Assembly: GCA_030550235.1 (NCBI GenBank)
Contig: JAUQPU010000001.1
Span: 232,040-256,039, forward strand
Direction: 5' to 3'
Length of the DNA stretch: 24,000 nucleotides
Origin: Thermoproteota archaeon
GTDB lineage: Archaea > Thermoproteota > Nitrososphaeria_A > Caldarchaeales > Calditenuaceae
In this document: positions 1-8,759 of the stretch, piece after piece
Layout: the number at the start of each line of letters is the position of its first letter
Numbering within the stretch: the first letter of the stretch is position 1
Program-made: the position numbers and the translations under genes
Notes under the pieces: model-generated
Told to the model about the DNA's origin: nothing
Seen by the model: the letters and a program-made list of their open reading frames with translations, nothing else
The model's database searches: none

Positions 1-1
1 A

Positions 2-1186
2 AAGATACCTACGGCTAAGATTCCTCCAAGATCCAACGTCTATTTCTTCAGGGAGCTAATCGAGAAGACTCCCGCAAACCCGCCCCCCGTAGAGATAAAT
101 CCCAAAGAAGACCTCGCCGTGCTTCAATATACTGGCGGGACTACAGGCCTACCTAAGGGAGCGATGTTAACCCATGAAAACCTTGTAGCAAATGCCGTCG
201 GATGTGCAGCGTGGCTTAGAGCTACGGAGGGCAGGGATGTTGGCCTAGCCGTCCTACCCTTCTTCCACATATACGGCATGACCGTCAGTATGAACTTCAC
301 AATCTACTCTGGCGGGACGATGGTTGTGCTGCCTCGGTTTGACGTGGTAGAGGTGCTTAAATCAATTGAGAAGTATAAGGTGACACTATTCCCAGGTGTA
401 CCCACGCTCTACGCATTAATAGTCAACCATCCCGACGTCAAGAAGTATAATCTCAGGTCTGTGAAGTTCTGCATCTCTGGAGCAGCGCCACTCCCACCTG
501 AGATCCAGAAGAGATTCATGGAGTTAACAGGTGCCGTGCTTGTGGAGGGGTATGGTCTGACCGAGGCCTCGCCCGTCACCCACAGTAACCCCCTCGACCC
601 TACTCTGAAGACTGTTAAGGTCGGCTCAATTGGAATACCCTGGCCAAGCACAGATGCAAGGATAGTCGATGTAGAGACGGGGACTGTTGAGATGCCTATT
701 GGAGAGGTCGGCGAACTTGTAGTCAAGGGGCCTCAAGTAATGAAGGGATACTGGAAGAGGCCTGAGGAGACAAGGATGGTTCTACGGGATGGGTGGCTGT
801 ATACGGGCGACCTCGCTAAGATGGATGAGGATGGTTACTTCTACATTGTAGACCGTAAGAAAGACCTAATCAAGTATAAGGGGTACAGCGTGTATGCGCG
901 CGAGCTTGAAGACATATTGTATGAACACCCAACTGTTAAGCTTGCAGCGGTTGTGGGGAAGCCCGACCCAATCGCCGGTGAGATTCCTAAGGCCTACATC
1001 GTCTTGAAGGAGGGGGCTACAGCGACAGCTGAAGAGATAATGAAGTTTGTGAATGAGAGGGTGGCACCCTACAAGGCTATCAGGGAGGTTGAGTTCAGGA
1101 GTGAGCTGCCTACAACGCTTGTTGGCAAGGTTTTAAGAAGGGTGCTTAGGGAGGAGGAGATGCAGAGGTTAAAGGGCGAAAGGTAG
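2..1186 (+). CDS. AMP-dependent acyl-CoA synthetase/ligase (FadD-like), 5' end outside the window
   Basis: The frame is open from nt 2 (KIPTAKIPPRSNVYFFRELIEK... runs in frame into the GTG at 119), so the true start lies upstream. It has the adenylate-forming signature YTGGTTGLPKGAMLTH, GYGLTE, YTGD, and a C-terminal PYKAIREVEF...LPTTLVGKVLRR. Confidence 0.9.
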   Translation, partial: KIPTAKIPPRSNVYFFRELIEKTPANPPPVEINPKEDLAVLQYTGGTTGLPKGAMLTHENLVANAVGCAAWLRATEGRDVGLAVLPFFHIYGMTVSMNFTIYSGGTMVVLPRFDVVEVLKSIEKYKVTLFPGVPTLYALIVNHPDVKKYNLRSVKFCISGAAPLPPEIQKRFMELTGAVLVEGYGLTEASPVTHSNPLDPTLKTVKVGSIGIPWPSTDARIVDVETGTVEMPIGEVGELVVKGPQVMKGYWKRPEETRMVLRDGWLYTGDLAKMDEDGYFYIVDRKKDLIKYKGYSVYARELEDILYEHPTVKLAAVVGKPDPIAGEIPKAYIVLKEGATATAEEIMKFVNERVAPYKAIREVEFRSELPTTLVGKVLRRVLREEEMQRLKGER

Positions 1187-1234
1187 CGTGGAGACCAAGG
1201 ACCCTAACAGATATTCAGAACACTGCTGGAAGAT

Positions 1235-1248
1235 CTTTTTTCATTTTT
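1235..1248 (+). terminator. T-rich tract (cttttttcattttt) downstream of the acyl-CoA ligase stop, a candidate archaeal oligo-T terminator
   Basis: Two runs of 5-6 T lie within about 60 nt of the stop at 1186, in the 61 nt convergent spacer. The tract abuts the hypE stop codon. Confidence 0.35.
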
Positions 1249-2273
1249 CAACAGATCCGTGGAACGATCTCCCCACTGGGAGGCTCCAATATCCTGGCTC
1301 CGCCGATCAGCGTCTTCAAAACAACTAGCCCTACACTAGAGGTTCTCGACCTGGCCTCGCCAATTATACGCGCCTCATTATAGCCCAGTCCATGTATCTG
1401 TTCCAATACCTCTCCCGCCTTTTCCGGTGATACCGCCAGTAGTGCAGTCCCCTCGGACGCCAGGCTTAGAGGATCTACACCCATCATCTCACATAGGTTT
1501 ACTACCGGTTCTCTCACAGGTAGCTCAGACTCGTAAACCACGATCATGGTATCGGAGCTCTTTGACCAGTCGTTTAAAGCCATTGCAACACCGCCTCTTG
1601 TAGGGTCCCTAGCCGCATGTATGTGGTCAGCGTATTTCTCTATGAGGGGTAGCATGAGCCTCGTCAGGGGTGATACGTCGCTTTTGAACTCATCCGATTT
1701 TATTCCCTGCTGAGCAGCGAGAATTGCTGCACCGTGCTCGCCTATCGGGCCTGTGACAATTATCTTGTCGCCAGGCCTTATGTTCTTGTCTACTATAAGC
1801 TTTGATGCGTAGCCGACGCCTGCGGTGGTTACTAGGATGCCGTCAAGCTGGCCGCTCGGCATGACTTTGATGTCCCCACCCACCAGACAAACACCTTCCA
1901 TCCTCAAGATGCTGATCATGGACTCGACAATCCTAGAGAGGTCGTCCATGTCCATCCCCTCCTCAACTACTATTGCGTCTAAGACTGCGGCGGGTCTTCC
2001 CCCCAGCATGAGTAGATCGTTTATCGTTCCTGCTGCTGAGAGCTTACCCAGGTCTCCACCGGGGAAGAATATGGGGCTTACTGTGTAGGCGTCTATTGTT
2101 GCGACTATGTAGCCTCCCGGTATGGGTATGGCTGCTGAGTCGTCTGGATAGTCTAGTCCCAGACCATCCCCTAGCCTCTTCATCCAGTCTGGTAGCCTGT
2201 TAAGTATTAGCCGCTCAAGCAGGTGGGAGGTTTCTATGCCTCCTGACCCATGTGCGAGAGATACCCTACCCAA
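1248..2273 (-). CDS. hypE: Hydrogenase maturation protein HypE (carbamoyl dehydratase, PurM/AIR-synthase fold)
   Basis: 341 aa with an N-terminal LAHGSGG motif and the diagnostic C-terminal PRIC ending. It lies directly downstream of hypC and hypD. Confidence 0.95.
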   Translation of the reverse strand: MGRVSLAHGSGGIETSHLLERLILNRLPDWMKRLGDGLGLDYPDDSAAIPIPGGYIVATIDAYTVSPIFFPGGDLGKLSAAGTINDLLMLGGRPAAVLDAIVVEEGMDMDDLSRIVESMISILRMEGVCLVGGDIKVMPSGQLDGILVTTAGVGYASKLIVDKNIRPGDKIIVTGPIGEHGAAILAAQQGIKSDEFKSDVSPLTRLMLPLIEKYADHIHAARDPTRGGVAMALNDWSKSSDTMIVVYESELPVREPVVNLCEMMGVDPLSLASEGTALLAVSPEKAGEVLEQIHGLGYNEARIIGEARSRTSSVGLVVLKTLIGGARILEPPSGEIVPRIC

Positions 2274-2280
2274 ACCCCCA

Positions 2281-2577
2281 TCACTTAGACGTTGAGAGGT
2301 TCTCTTCCAGCCTACTTCTTATCTGCGCCAGATACGTGGCTGCCTCGCTCTTGCTTTGGGCCAAGTGCTTAGCCGCTTCCTCTATAAAATCGAAGACAGC
2401 AGTAAAGTCTTTCTCGCTGAGGCGTGAGACTATGACCCCTGCATGGACAACGACATAGTCTTCCTCCCTGACATCCTCTACACCTACAAGCACATCTTTG
2501 GTCAGTCCGCCTCCAAAGTCCACAACGGCCAACTCCCCATCAACTCTCAACACCTTGCCATAAACGCCAAGGCACAC
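2281..2577 (-). CDS. hypC: Hydrogenase assembly chaperone HypC/HupF family
   Basis: The in-frame GTG at 2577-2575 gives M-CLGVYGKVLRVDGELAVVDFGG..., the canonical HypC Met-Cys N-terminus. It sits 1 nt after the hypD stop (minus strand reads TGA-T-GTG). The ORF-track start at 2595 (MRRCCDV...) would overlap hypD and bury the essential Cys. Confidence 0.85.
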   Translation of the reverse strand: MCLGVYGKVLRVDGELAVVDFGGGLTKDVLVGVEDVREEDYVVVHAGVIVSRLSEKDFTAVFDFIEEAAKHLAQSKSEAATYLAQIRSRLEENLSTSK

Positions 2578-2578
2578 A

Positions 2579-3745
2579 TCACAACACCTCCTCAACCACT
2601 CCCCGGCCGCCCATCCTAGCCCAGATCGAGCATGAGCCCTCAGCCGAGACCATACAAGGCCCGTAGGGTGTGCCGGGTGTACACCGCTTCATAAAGAGCC
2701 TGCAGTCTGTGGGTTTGGCCGCACCTATGATTACCTGTCCACAGATGCAGCCTGGTAGTAGGTCGTGACTCCACTCGCTTCTATTGGGCTCTCTCATGCC
2801 ATAGCGACTGAATGCATCATATTGGCTGACACTCTCCTTTAGGGCATAGCCACTCTTCTCGATAAAGCCTATCCCCCTCCAAGCCGCATCGACTACGTCG
2901 AAGACACGTGCGAGGAGTTCCTTGGCACGCCTATTTCCCTCCATCGTCACAGTCCTAGAATACTCGATCTGGAGCCTCGGCTCTCCATCCATTATTTGCC
3001 TTAAGATAAGTGAGATGGCTATCATGACGTCGAGCGGCTCAAAGCCTGAAACAACCGTGGGGATCCCATACTCCTCGGGCAAGAATCGCCATACCCCCGC
3101 GCCGGTTATTGTGGATACGTGTCCCGGCGCTATGACCCCAGAGACGGTCCCCACCCTCTCCACAGAGAATCTGGCTGCGGGTGGCGTCAGCCTGCCTGCC
3201 ACGATGAGTGTTAGGTTCTCTGGGACGAGGTTGTTGGCGATGGCTGAGGCGTAGGCTGGGCAAGTTGTTTCGAACCCCACGGCGAGGAATACTGAAGGCT
3301 TGCCGTGCTTAGCAGCATCTCTCACCGCGTCCAGAAAGCTATACACCACCCTTACATCCGCCCCCATCATCCGCGCCTCTGAAAGGCTCCTACACCCTCC
3401 CACCTCCCTTACAGCGGGTAGTCTGTATGCATCACCGTAGGTGTAAAGGGTTACACCCTCCAACGCGAGCTTCACCGCAGCCTCGACATAGAAAGAGGGG
3501 GTGATGCAGACGGGGCAGCCGGGCCCAGCCACGAGATTCACGCCGGGTGGGAGGATGCTTCTAATCCCATAGTGGGTCGTTGTGTATTCGTGTGTGCCGC
3601 AGAAGTTCATTATCTTAACCTCCTCAACCCCCTTTGAGCGGAGGAGCTCCCAGTAACCCCTAACTATGTTGACAATCTGTGAGGCTAGAATCTCATCCCT
3701 AAACAGCCTCTTGGTGAGATACCTAAGGTCTCCCTTTTGAGCCAC
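2579..3745 (-). CDS. hypD: Hydrogenase maturation protein HypD (Fe-S protein)
   Basis: 388 aa carrying the HypD motifs GPGCPVC, GFETT and PGHVS plus C-terminal cysteine clusters. Confidence 0.95.
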   Translation of the reverse strand: MAQKGDLRYLTKRLFRDEILASQIVNIVRGYWELLRSKGVEEVKIMNFCGTHEYTTTHYGIRSILPPGVNLVAGPGCPVCITPSFYVEAAVKLALEGVTLYTYGDAYRLPAVREVGGCRSLSEARMMGADVRVVYSFLDAVRDAAKHGKPSVFLAVGFETTCPAYASAIANNLVPENLTLIVAGRLTPPAARFSVERVGTVSGVIAPGHVSTITGAGVWRFLPEEYGIPTVVSGFEPLDVMIAISLILRQIMDGEPRLQIEYSRTVTMEGNRRAKELLARVFDVVDAAWRGIGFIEKSGYALKESVSQYDAFSRYGMREPNRSEWSHDLLPGCICGQVIIGAAKPTDCRLFMKRCTPGTPYGPCMVSAEGSCSIWARMGGRGVVEEVL

Positions 3746-3843
3746 AAATATAGTTTCATTGCTGATATTTAATAAGTTATCACCCTAATATACCGCAGCT
3801 CCATAACGCTAGGAGCAGATAGCCTGCAGGCTCGGCGTGTTGG
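3746..3843. promoter_or_regulatory. Divergent hypD / hypF promoter region
   Basis: A 98 bp AT-rich spacer between divergent starts contains several TATA-like boxes (aaatatag, atatttaataag, ctaatatacc). ttattaaa on the minus strand lies about 25-32 nt upstream of the hypD ATG. Confidence 0.4.
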
Positions 3844-6153
3844 GTGGATTATTTGAAAGCGGTTAGGTTGAGGATCTCAGGAATCGTTCAGGGGGTAGCT
3901 TTCAGACCCTTTGTCTATAGGATCGCCGTCCGGGCCGGCGTCGCGGGATATGTAAAGAATGTGGGAGGTAGTGGTGTTGAGATTCACGTTGAAGGAGAGC
4001 CGGAGAGGGTTGAGGAGTTCATCCAGCTACTGTGGAGGCTGAAGCCGGAGAGGGCGCGCATAGATGAGTACTCACATATGGAGGTTCCACCGCAAGGCTA
4101 CACCAGCTTCCAGATACATAAGAGCGACTCATCAGCATATTATAGATCGATTATTCCCCCTGACTTCTCAATATGCAAGGACTGTCTCAGGGAGATTCTC
4201 TCTGAGACGCGGTGGCATCTTTACCCGTTTAACTCATGCGCCTACTGCGGTCCAAGATACTCCATGATCTACACCGTCCCTTATGATAGAGAGAACACAG
4301 CTATGAGGAGTTTCCCCCTCTGTGAAGAATGCCGCAGAGAATATCATGATCCTGAGAATGAGAGGAGATTCCACGCTGAAGGGATCAGCTGCCCCTCTTG
4401 CGGCCCTAAGACACGCCTACTAAACAATAGGAGCGAGGTGCTTGCGAATGATGTGGAGGCGGTAAGGGAGGCGGCGAGGCTTATTGACGCTGGATTCATA
4501 GTTGCTGTAAAGGGTCTGGGCGGCTTTCATATAGCCGCATCGGCAGTTGATGACAATGTTGTTGCCGAGCTCCGCTTGAGGAAGAGAAGATCGACCAAAC
4601 CCTTCGCGGTCATGTGTCTGAACCTTGACATTGTGGCACGGCTCGTAGAGCTGACTACCGTGGCGGCCGAGATTCTTGACTCGCCTGAAAAGCCGATAGT
4701 GCTCCTTCCCATCAAACAGGATGCGCCAGTTTCTCGGCTGGTCGCTCCAAACCTGCGAAAGCTTGGCGTCTTCCTACCATACACAGGGCTTCACTACCTT
4801 CTCCTCTCGTGGACTCGGGATAAATACGTGATAATGACAAGCGGAAATCCTTACAACGAGCCCATGTGCATCAGTGACATAGAGGCCTTTGAAAAGCTGG
4901 CTGGAATAGCTGACTACTTCCTAACGCATAATAGAGAGATTGTGAATAGGGTTGATGATAGTGTTGCTAGGTTTACGGGGGGCAGGGTTGTCCTTCTGAG
5001 GAGGGGGAGGGGCTACTCTCCCAGATGGGTTCGTCTTCCATTCCAAGTAGATAGAGAGGTTGTAGCTTTTGGGGCGATGCTTCAGAGCGCAGGAGCGGTA
5101 GCCTTCGAGGATAAGGTTGTCCTTACACAATTTATAGGAGATGTCGATGAATATGGCTCTTTCCTCGACTTGGAGAAATATCTAGGCCTGCTAGTAAAGA
5201 CCTACCATATACCACTCCCTTCCTCGGTTATGGTTGCTGATTTACACCCACTATACCCCTCAACCCTTCTGGCAGAGGAGTGGTCTAAGAAGCATGGGGC
5301 AGAGCTAATCAGAGTTCAGCACCATTGGGCTCACATAGCGGCGGTCATGGCGGAGCACGGAGTCTATGAAGAGGAAGTTGTTGGAATTGCAGTTGATGGC
5401 GTAGGGTTTGGGTCTGATGGAACGGCTTGGGGTGGTGAGGTACTCTTAGCCAGCCTTAGAGACTTCAGGAGGGTAGGGTGTCTTAAGCCCCAGAAGATGC
5501 CGGGCGGCGATATAGCTGCCGAGTATCCTGCGAGGATGCTAGCAGGAATACTTTCTGACAAGCTCTCGAGGGAGGAAGTGGCTGAGGTCTTCCGTGAGCT
5601 GGGACTTGTTGAGCCTGGATTCAAGAGGGGCTGGGATGAGCTCAAGATCGTTCTAAACCAGCTTGAAGGCACACTCCCCCTGACATCAAGCACCGGAAGA
5701 GTATTAGATGCAGCCTCCGCAATGCTCAGATTTTGCATGCACAGGACATATGAGGGCGAGCCTGCTATCGTGCTTGAGGACAATTCCAAGCCTACTGAAG
5801 AGAGGCTGAAAGTAGAAGTCAGGGAGAATGGAATCTACACAGTGGATACCTCAAGCATCATACTACAGGCCCTCGAATGTTTGAGAGCGGGGAAGCCGAG
5901 AGAAGAAATAGCCTACATGATTCAACACGCAATTGGATATGGCTTAAGCCTCGTGGCCAGCCGCTTCTTAGGTAGAAGAAAAAGAATAGTTCTGTCGGGC
6001 GGAGCCGCGGTGAACAATTATCTGCTTCAAGGTGTCATGGAGGCTCTCGCTGATAGAGAAGTTGAGATTCTCATGCCTCGCGAGGTGCCCGCCGGAGATG
6101 GAGGAATAGCTTTAGGCCAAACAGCGATAGGAGCCCACCTCTTCAAAAAATAG
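3844..6153 (+). CDS. hypF: Carbamoyltransferase HypF
   Basis: 769 aa with a GTG start. It has an N-terminal acylphosphatase-like domain (ISGIVQGVAFRPFV), two CxxC...CxxC zinc-finger pairs (CKDCLREI...CAYCGPRYS; CEECRREY...CPSCGP), and YrdC-like and Kae1-like C-terminal parts. Confidence 0.95.
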   Translation: MDYLKAVRLRISGIVQGVAFRPFVYRIAVRAGVAGYVKNVGGSGVEIHVEGEPERVEEFIQLLWRLKPERARIDEYSHMEVPPQGYTSFQIHKSDSSAYYRSIIPPDFSICKDCLREILSETRWHLYPFNSCAYCGPRYSMIYTVPYDRENTAMRSFPLCEECRREYHDPENERRFHAEGISCPSCGPKTRLLNNRSEVLANDVEAVREAARLIDAGFIVAVKGLGGFHIAASAVDDNVVAELRLRKRRSTKPFAVMCLNLDIVARLVELTTVAAEILDSPEKPIVLLPIKQDAPVSRLVAPNLRKLGVFLPYTGLHYLLLSWTRDKYVIMTSGNPYNEPMCISDIEAFEKLAGIADYFLTHNREIVNRVDDSVARFTGGRVVLLRRGRGYSPRWVRLPFQVDREVVAFGAMLQSAGAVAFEDKVVLTQFIGDVDEYGSFLDLEKYLGLLVKTYHIPLPSSVMVADLHPLYPSTLLAEEWSKKHGAELIRVQHHWAHIAAVMAEHGVYEEEVVGIAVDGVGFGSDGTAWGGEVLLASLRDFRRVGCLKPQKMPGGDIAAEYPARMLAGILSDKLSREEVAEVFRELGLVEPGFKRGWDELKIVLNQLEGTLPLTSSTGRVLDAASAMLRFCMHRTYEGEPAIVLEDNSKPTEERLKVEVRENGIYTVDTSSIILQALECLRAGKPREEIAYMIQHAIGYGLSLVASRFLGRRKRIVLSGGAAVNNYLLQGVMEALADREVEILMPREVPAGDGGIALGQTAIGAHLFKK

Positions 6154-6181
6154 CTGCTAACACTCTACCATTCTACGCAAC

Positions 6182-6188
6182 TTTTTCT
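6182..6188 (+). terminator. Oligo-T tract (tttttct) about 30 nt after the hypF stop, a candidate terminator
   Basis: This is the first T5 run downstream of the stop at 6153. Confidence 0.3.
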
Positions 6189-6911
6189 TCACCCCTCCCA
6201 AGTTTCCACAAATCATCCCTCAACAACAATCATAATAAACTGTATACATTACTTATGCGAATATTCAGTTTGACATATCTAGCATGCGATGCATCTCCAG
6301 GGTTACTTTCCTTAGTGACGGGGCCATAACGAACTTGCAAATTTCTAAGAGGACCACGTTCTCTTAGAGCCTGGTCTTCTCAAGTGACTGTTGTAGCTAC
6401 TACAACCACAACATCTATGCTGCAGGCGACTGTGTTTCTAAGCGGTGGATGCTTGAAACACTATCTGCGAAGTTGTCTTTACGGAGCCGCAGGTTGGCAT
6501 TATTGGGTTGACTGAGAGAGGTAGTTGAAAAGCATGGTGCATGTTCATGCAGGGTGGTTCCCCTCGCCCATCTGGCTAAGACGCGGATGACCAAAAGCAT
6601 AGGACTAGCTAAGCTCGTAACAAAACCGGAAACAGGTAAGACCTGGAACGGACGGAGTTCTCGGCGTTCACAACAACATGACAAACACCTTGAAAACACC
6701 CATTGAAACCATCGAACACAAATAACCCGTGCTGTTCACGTCATACCCGCTTGGGGACGGCGGCGGAAGCAGATGGCGTGGAGGAGATAGCATCGAAGGA
6801 AGCGTCAAAGACAATGGAACGTGTGTCAGGTTCGGTAGCAAAGCATCGTGTTTTTGGAGTAAGAAGATGTGTCGGTTGTCAGAAGGCGGGAGGCGGAGGA
6901 TATGGCAAATC

Positions 6912-7484
6912 TTAATCATGCGATAAAGCTGCTACGATTCTTTCCTCGGCCTTAACCATCTTCCGCAGTTTTTCCACGAGTTCAGGCAACCTATTTTTTG
7001 GGATGAAGACGACTAGTTCATCAGGTGAATAACCTGCTCGGAGACGGCTCTGTGTGCATCCGAAGCTAATAACCACTGTGTCGCTGTCGATGCTCACCGG
7101 TATGCCTGAGCACGCTGGCCTTCCAACAAGCTTGGTCGGGACGCAAGAAGAAATCACCATAGCTTGCTCGGCGCTACAGAACAAAACAGCGATGTCGGGT
7201 TCGAAAGGAATTGTTCTCATAGGCCCGTATGTAACCGTTTTTCTCTCATGTTTAATGGAAGGCATATTTTTCACGTCTTCCACGGATATCCAGCCCGACC
7301 CAACAAGCAAATCGGCGTCGTCACATCCGCATCCAATGTCAAGCTCCGTCCCTTTCCTAAATCCGTGAGTAACAGAGCCAATGCTACAGTTTATATGATG
7401 TTCACGGCGGGTCGTGAACGTGTCATGGTGGGCCAAGGTCCAGAAAGCATAGCTTGAAGGGACGGAATGCTTGAACATAGGCAA
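6912..7484 (-). CDS. DUF169 family protein (COG2043-like), probably 5'-disrupted (pseudogene candidate)
   Basis: IPFEPDIAVLFCSAEQAMVI and ISFGCTQSRLRAGYSPDELVVFIPKNRLPELVEKL match my recollection of DUF169 conserved blocks. The annotated start is a TTG. DUF169-like coding sequence continues upstream in frame to 7571 with no start codon, and an out-of-frame ATG lies at 7588 (see findings). Confidence 0.7.
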   Translation of the reverse strand: MPMFKHSVPSSYAFWTLAHHDTFTTRREHHINCSIGSVTHGFRKGTELDIGCGCDDADLLVGSGWISVEDVKNMPSIKHERKTVTYGPMRTIPFEPDIAVLFCSAEQAMVISSCVPTKLVGRPACSGIPVSIDSDTVVISFGCTQSRLRAGYSPDELVVFIPKNRLPELVEKLRKMVKAEERIVAALSHD

Positions 7485-7703
7485 ATGCTTGCTATCTTCA
7501 GGGTTGAACGATATACCTACAACTGGTCTTCGAAGATGAAGGCTTTCTTCCAGTTCGGCCGCAAGTCTTTGCTAGTCGCAAGCGCCATAGCACTCATACA
7601 CAACACACTACTCAACACCAGAGAAGGAGACGTAATACTGGTTGACAGTACCTCTTCACACATTCGAAACGCTTTCAAGCCACAATTGCTTAAATCGTCC
7701 GGG

Positions 7704-8759
7704 ATGATAAAATCTGAGATAAAGAGTTCGTTTTTGGAGTTCGCGAGGCAGCTGGTTAACTCTCCTCAATTTAGAGAGGAGGCTGAAAAAGATATGAAAG
7801 CCCTGAAAGAGTTTATTGAGCTTTTCCCTTTCAGGAAGAATCCCTCACTTATAGACGAGTTAACGCCCGAAAAATTGTATGATACAGGAAAATCGCGTGT
7901 GTCTTTCTTTCATTTCTTTCAATTTCGTTTGAGACGTGTTGGTGCTATAACTATTTACAGAGACAAACCTTGGCGCGAGGCTTGTGCCAAAATCGATCTA
8001 TTTAAGCAACTATTAAAATTAATAGTTGATGATTCGATACCCATTCATGAGAAGGTTGATGATGGGCGCTGGAGTCAACTTAAGGGCTGGGGAGGAGATA
8101 AACATTACGTCAAGAAACTGTTGTTCATTTATTATCCCGAAAAGTTGATTCCCACTTTTAAGACCGAGTTGTTAGAAGACAAAGTCAATGGCCTTGGGCT
8201 AAGCGATAAAGCTGAAGATGAAGCACAGAGAAGATTTAACGAGAGACTTGAAAACCTGACAGTTGGCAAAAAGTTCGAGATATACAATGAAATATTGGTC
8301 AACTTTGTCAAGAGTATATTGCCAAGCAACTATGAAATGGATACCTGCGCCATTGCAAGACTTCTGGATGAATTCATTCCACCACCAAAGCCGATAATAA
8401 GTCGTAAGTCGGTAGAAAGCCCCACGCCCTTGTCTAGAGTTCCTATGCTTTACGAGCCCATCAACGAACTCGGTGTAGTCCTCCTTTTCGGCATGCATCA
8501 TAGAGAGCTCGGATTTCCATACATCATAAAGGTTCAGCAGTCTTTTCCAGATATGATTGCTCTTGACGAAGAAGGCAACTATTGCCGAATAGAGTTTGAG
8601 TATAAATCATCATCCTTCATACAGCACGGACACGACCCTAACGATTGCGATTACATAGTCTGCTGGATAGACGATCTAGATAACCAATCACCCCTAAAAG
8701 AGAAGACATTATCCTTGAAGGAGGAGATATTTGAAGGTCAGGAAACAGAGCTTGAGTAA
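7704..8759 (+). CDS. Hypothetical protein with a C-terminal PD-(D/E)xK nuclease-like domain (orphan, low GC)
   Basis: This is a long ORF with protein-like composition. The C-terminal core ELGVVLLFG...FPD(8550)MIALDEEGNYCRIEFE-Y-K(8598-8606)...CDYIVCW fits an E...PD...ExK restriction-endonuclease-fold pattern. I prefer the ATG at 7704 because G+C drops there and because 7485-7588 is antisense to DUF169 coding sequence. Alternative starts are 7536 (ATG) and 7467 (the ORF-track start). Confidence 0.7.
   Translation: MIKSEIKSSFLEFARQLVNSPQFREEAEKDMKALKEFIELFPFRKNPSLIDELTPEKLYDTGKSRVSFFHFFQFRLRRVGAITIYRDKPWREACAKIDLFKQLLKLIVDDSIPIHEKVDDGRWSQLKGWGGDKHYVKKLLFIYYPEKLIPTFKTELLEDKVNGLGLSDKAEDEAQRRFNERLENLTVGKKFEIYNEILVNFVKSILPSNYEMDTCAIARLLDEFIPPPKPIISRKSVESPTPLSRVPMLYEPINELGVVLLFGMHHRELGFPYIIKVQQSFPDMIALDEEGNYCRIEFEYKSSSFIQHGHDPNDCDYIVCWIDDLDNQSPLKEKTLSLKEEIFEGQETELE

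Noticed and set aside
6280-6660. Possible RNase P RNA or SRP RNA in the gap. The minus strand has aaggaaagtaacc, resembling the GGAAAGU core of CR-I. The plus strand has ccggaaacagg, resembling the SRP GGAA tetraloop region.
   Set aside because: There are only single short matches. I could not find the partner conserved regions (P4 pairing, CR-IV/V, or the symmetric and asymmetric SRP loops) at sensible spacing. A covariance-model scan is needed before any call.
6415-6926. Four ORFs of 65-94 aa inside the hypF/DUF169 gap.
   Set aside because: They overlap each other on both strands, mostly use TTG/GTG starts, and give Cys/Arg/Pro/Gly-rich translations with no recognisable motif. I treat the region as non-coding or decayed (see findings).
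7467-7703. The N-terminal 79 codons of the 430-aa ORF.
   Set aside because: 7485-7588 is antisense to DUF169-like coding sequence. G+C here (about 48% by hand count) matches the host rather than the low-GC gene body. A head-to-head overlap with the DUF169 start would be required. The extension is most likely an open antisense shadow plus promoter DNA, although the ATG at 7536 with the gatatac box about 22-27 nt upstream remains a possible alternative start.
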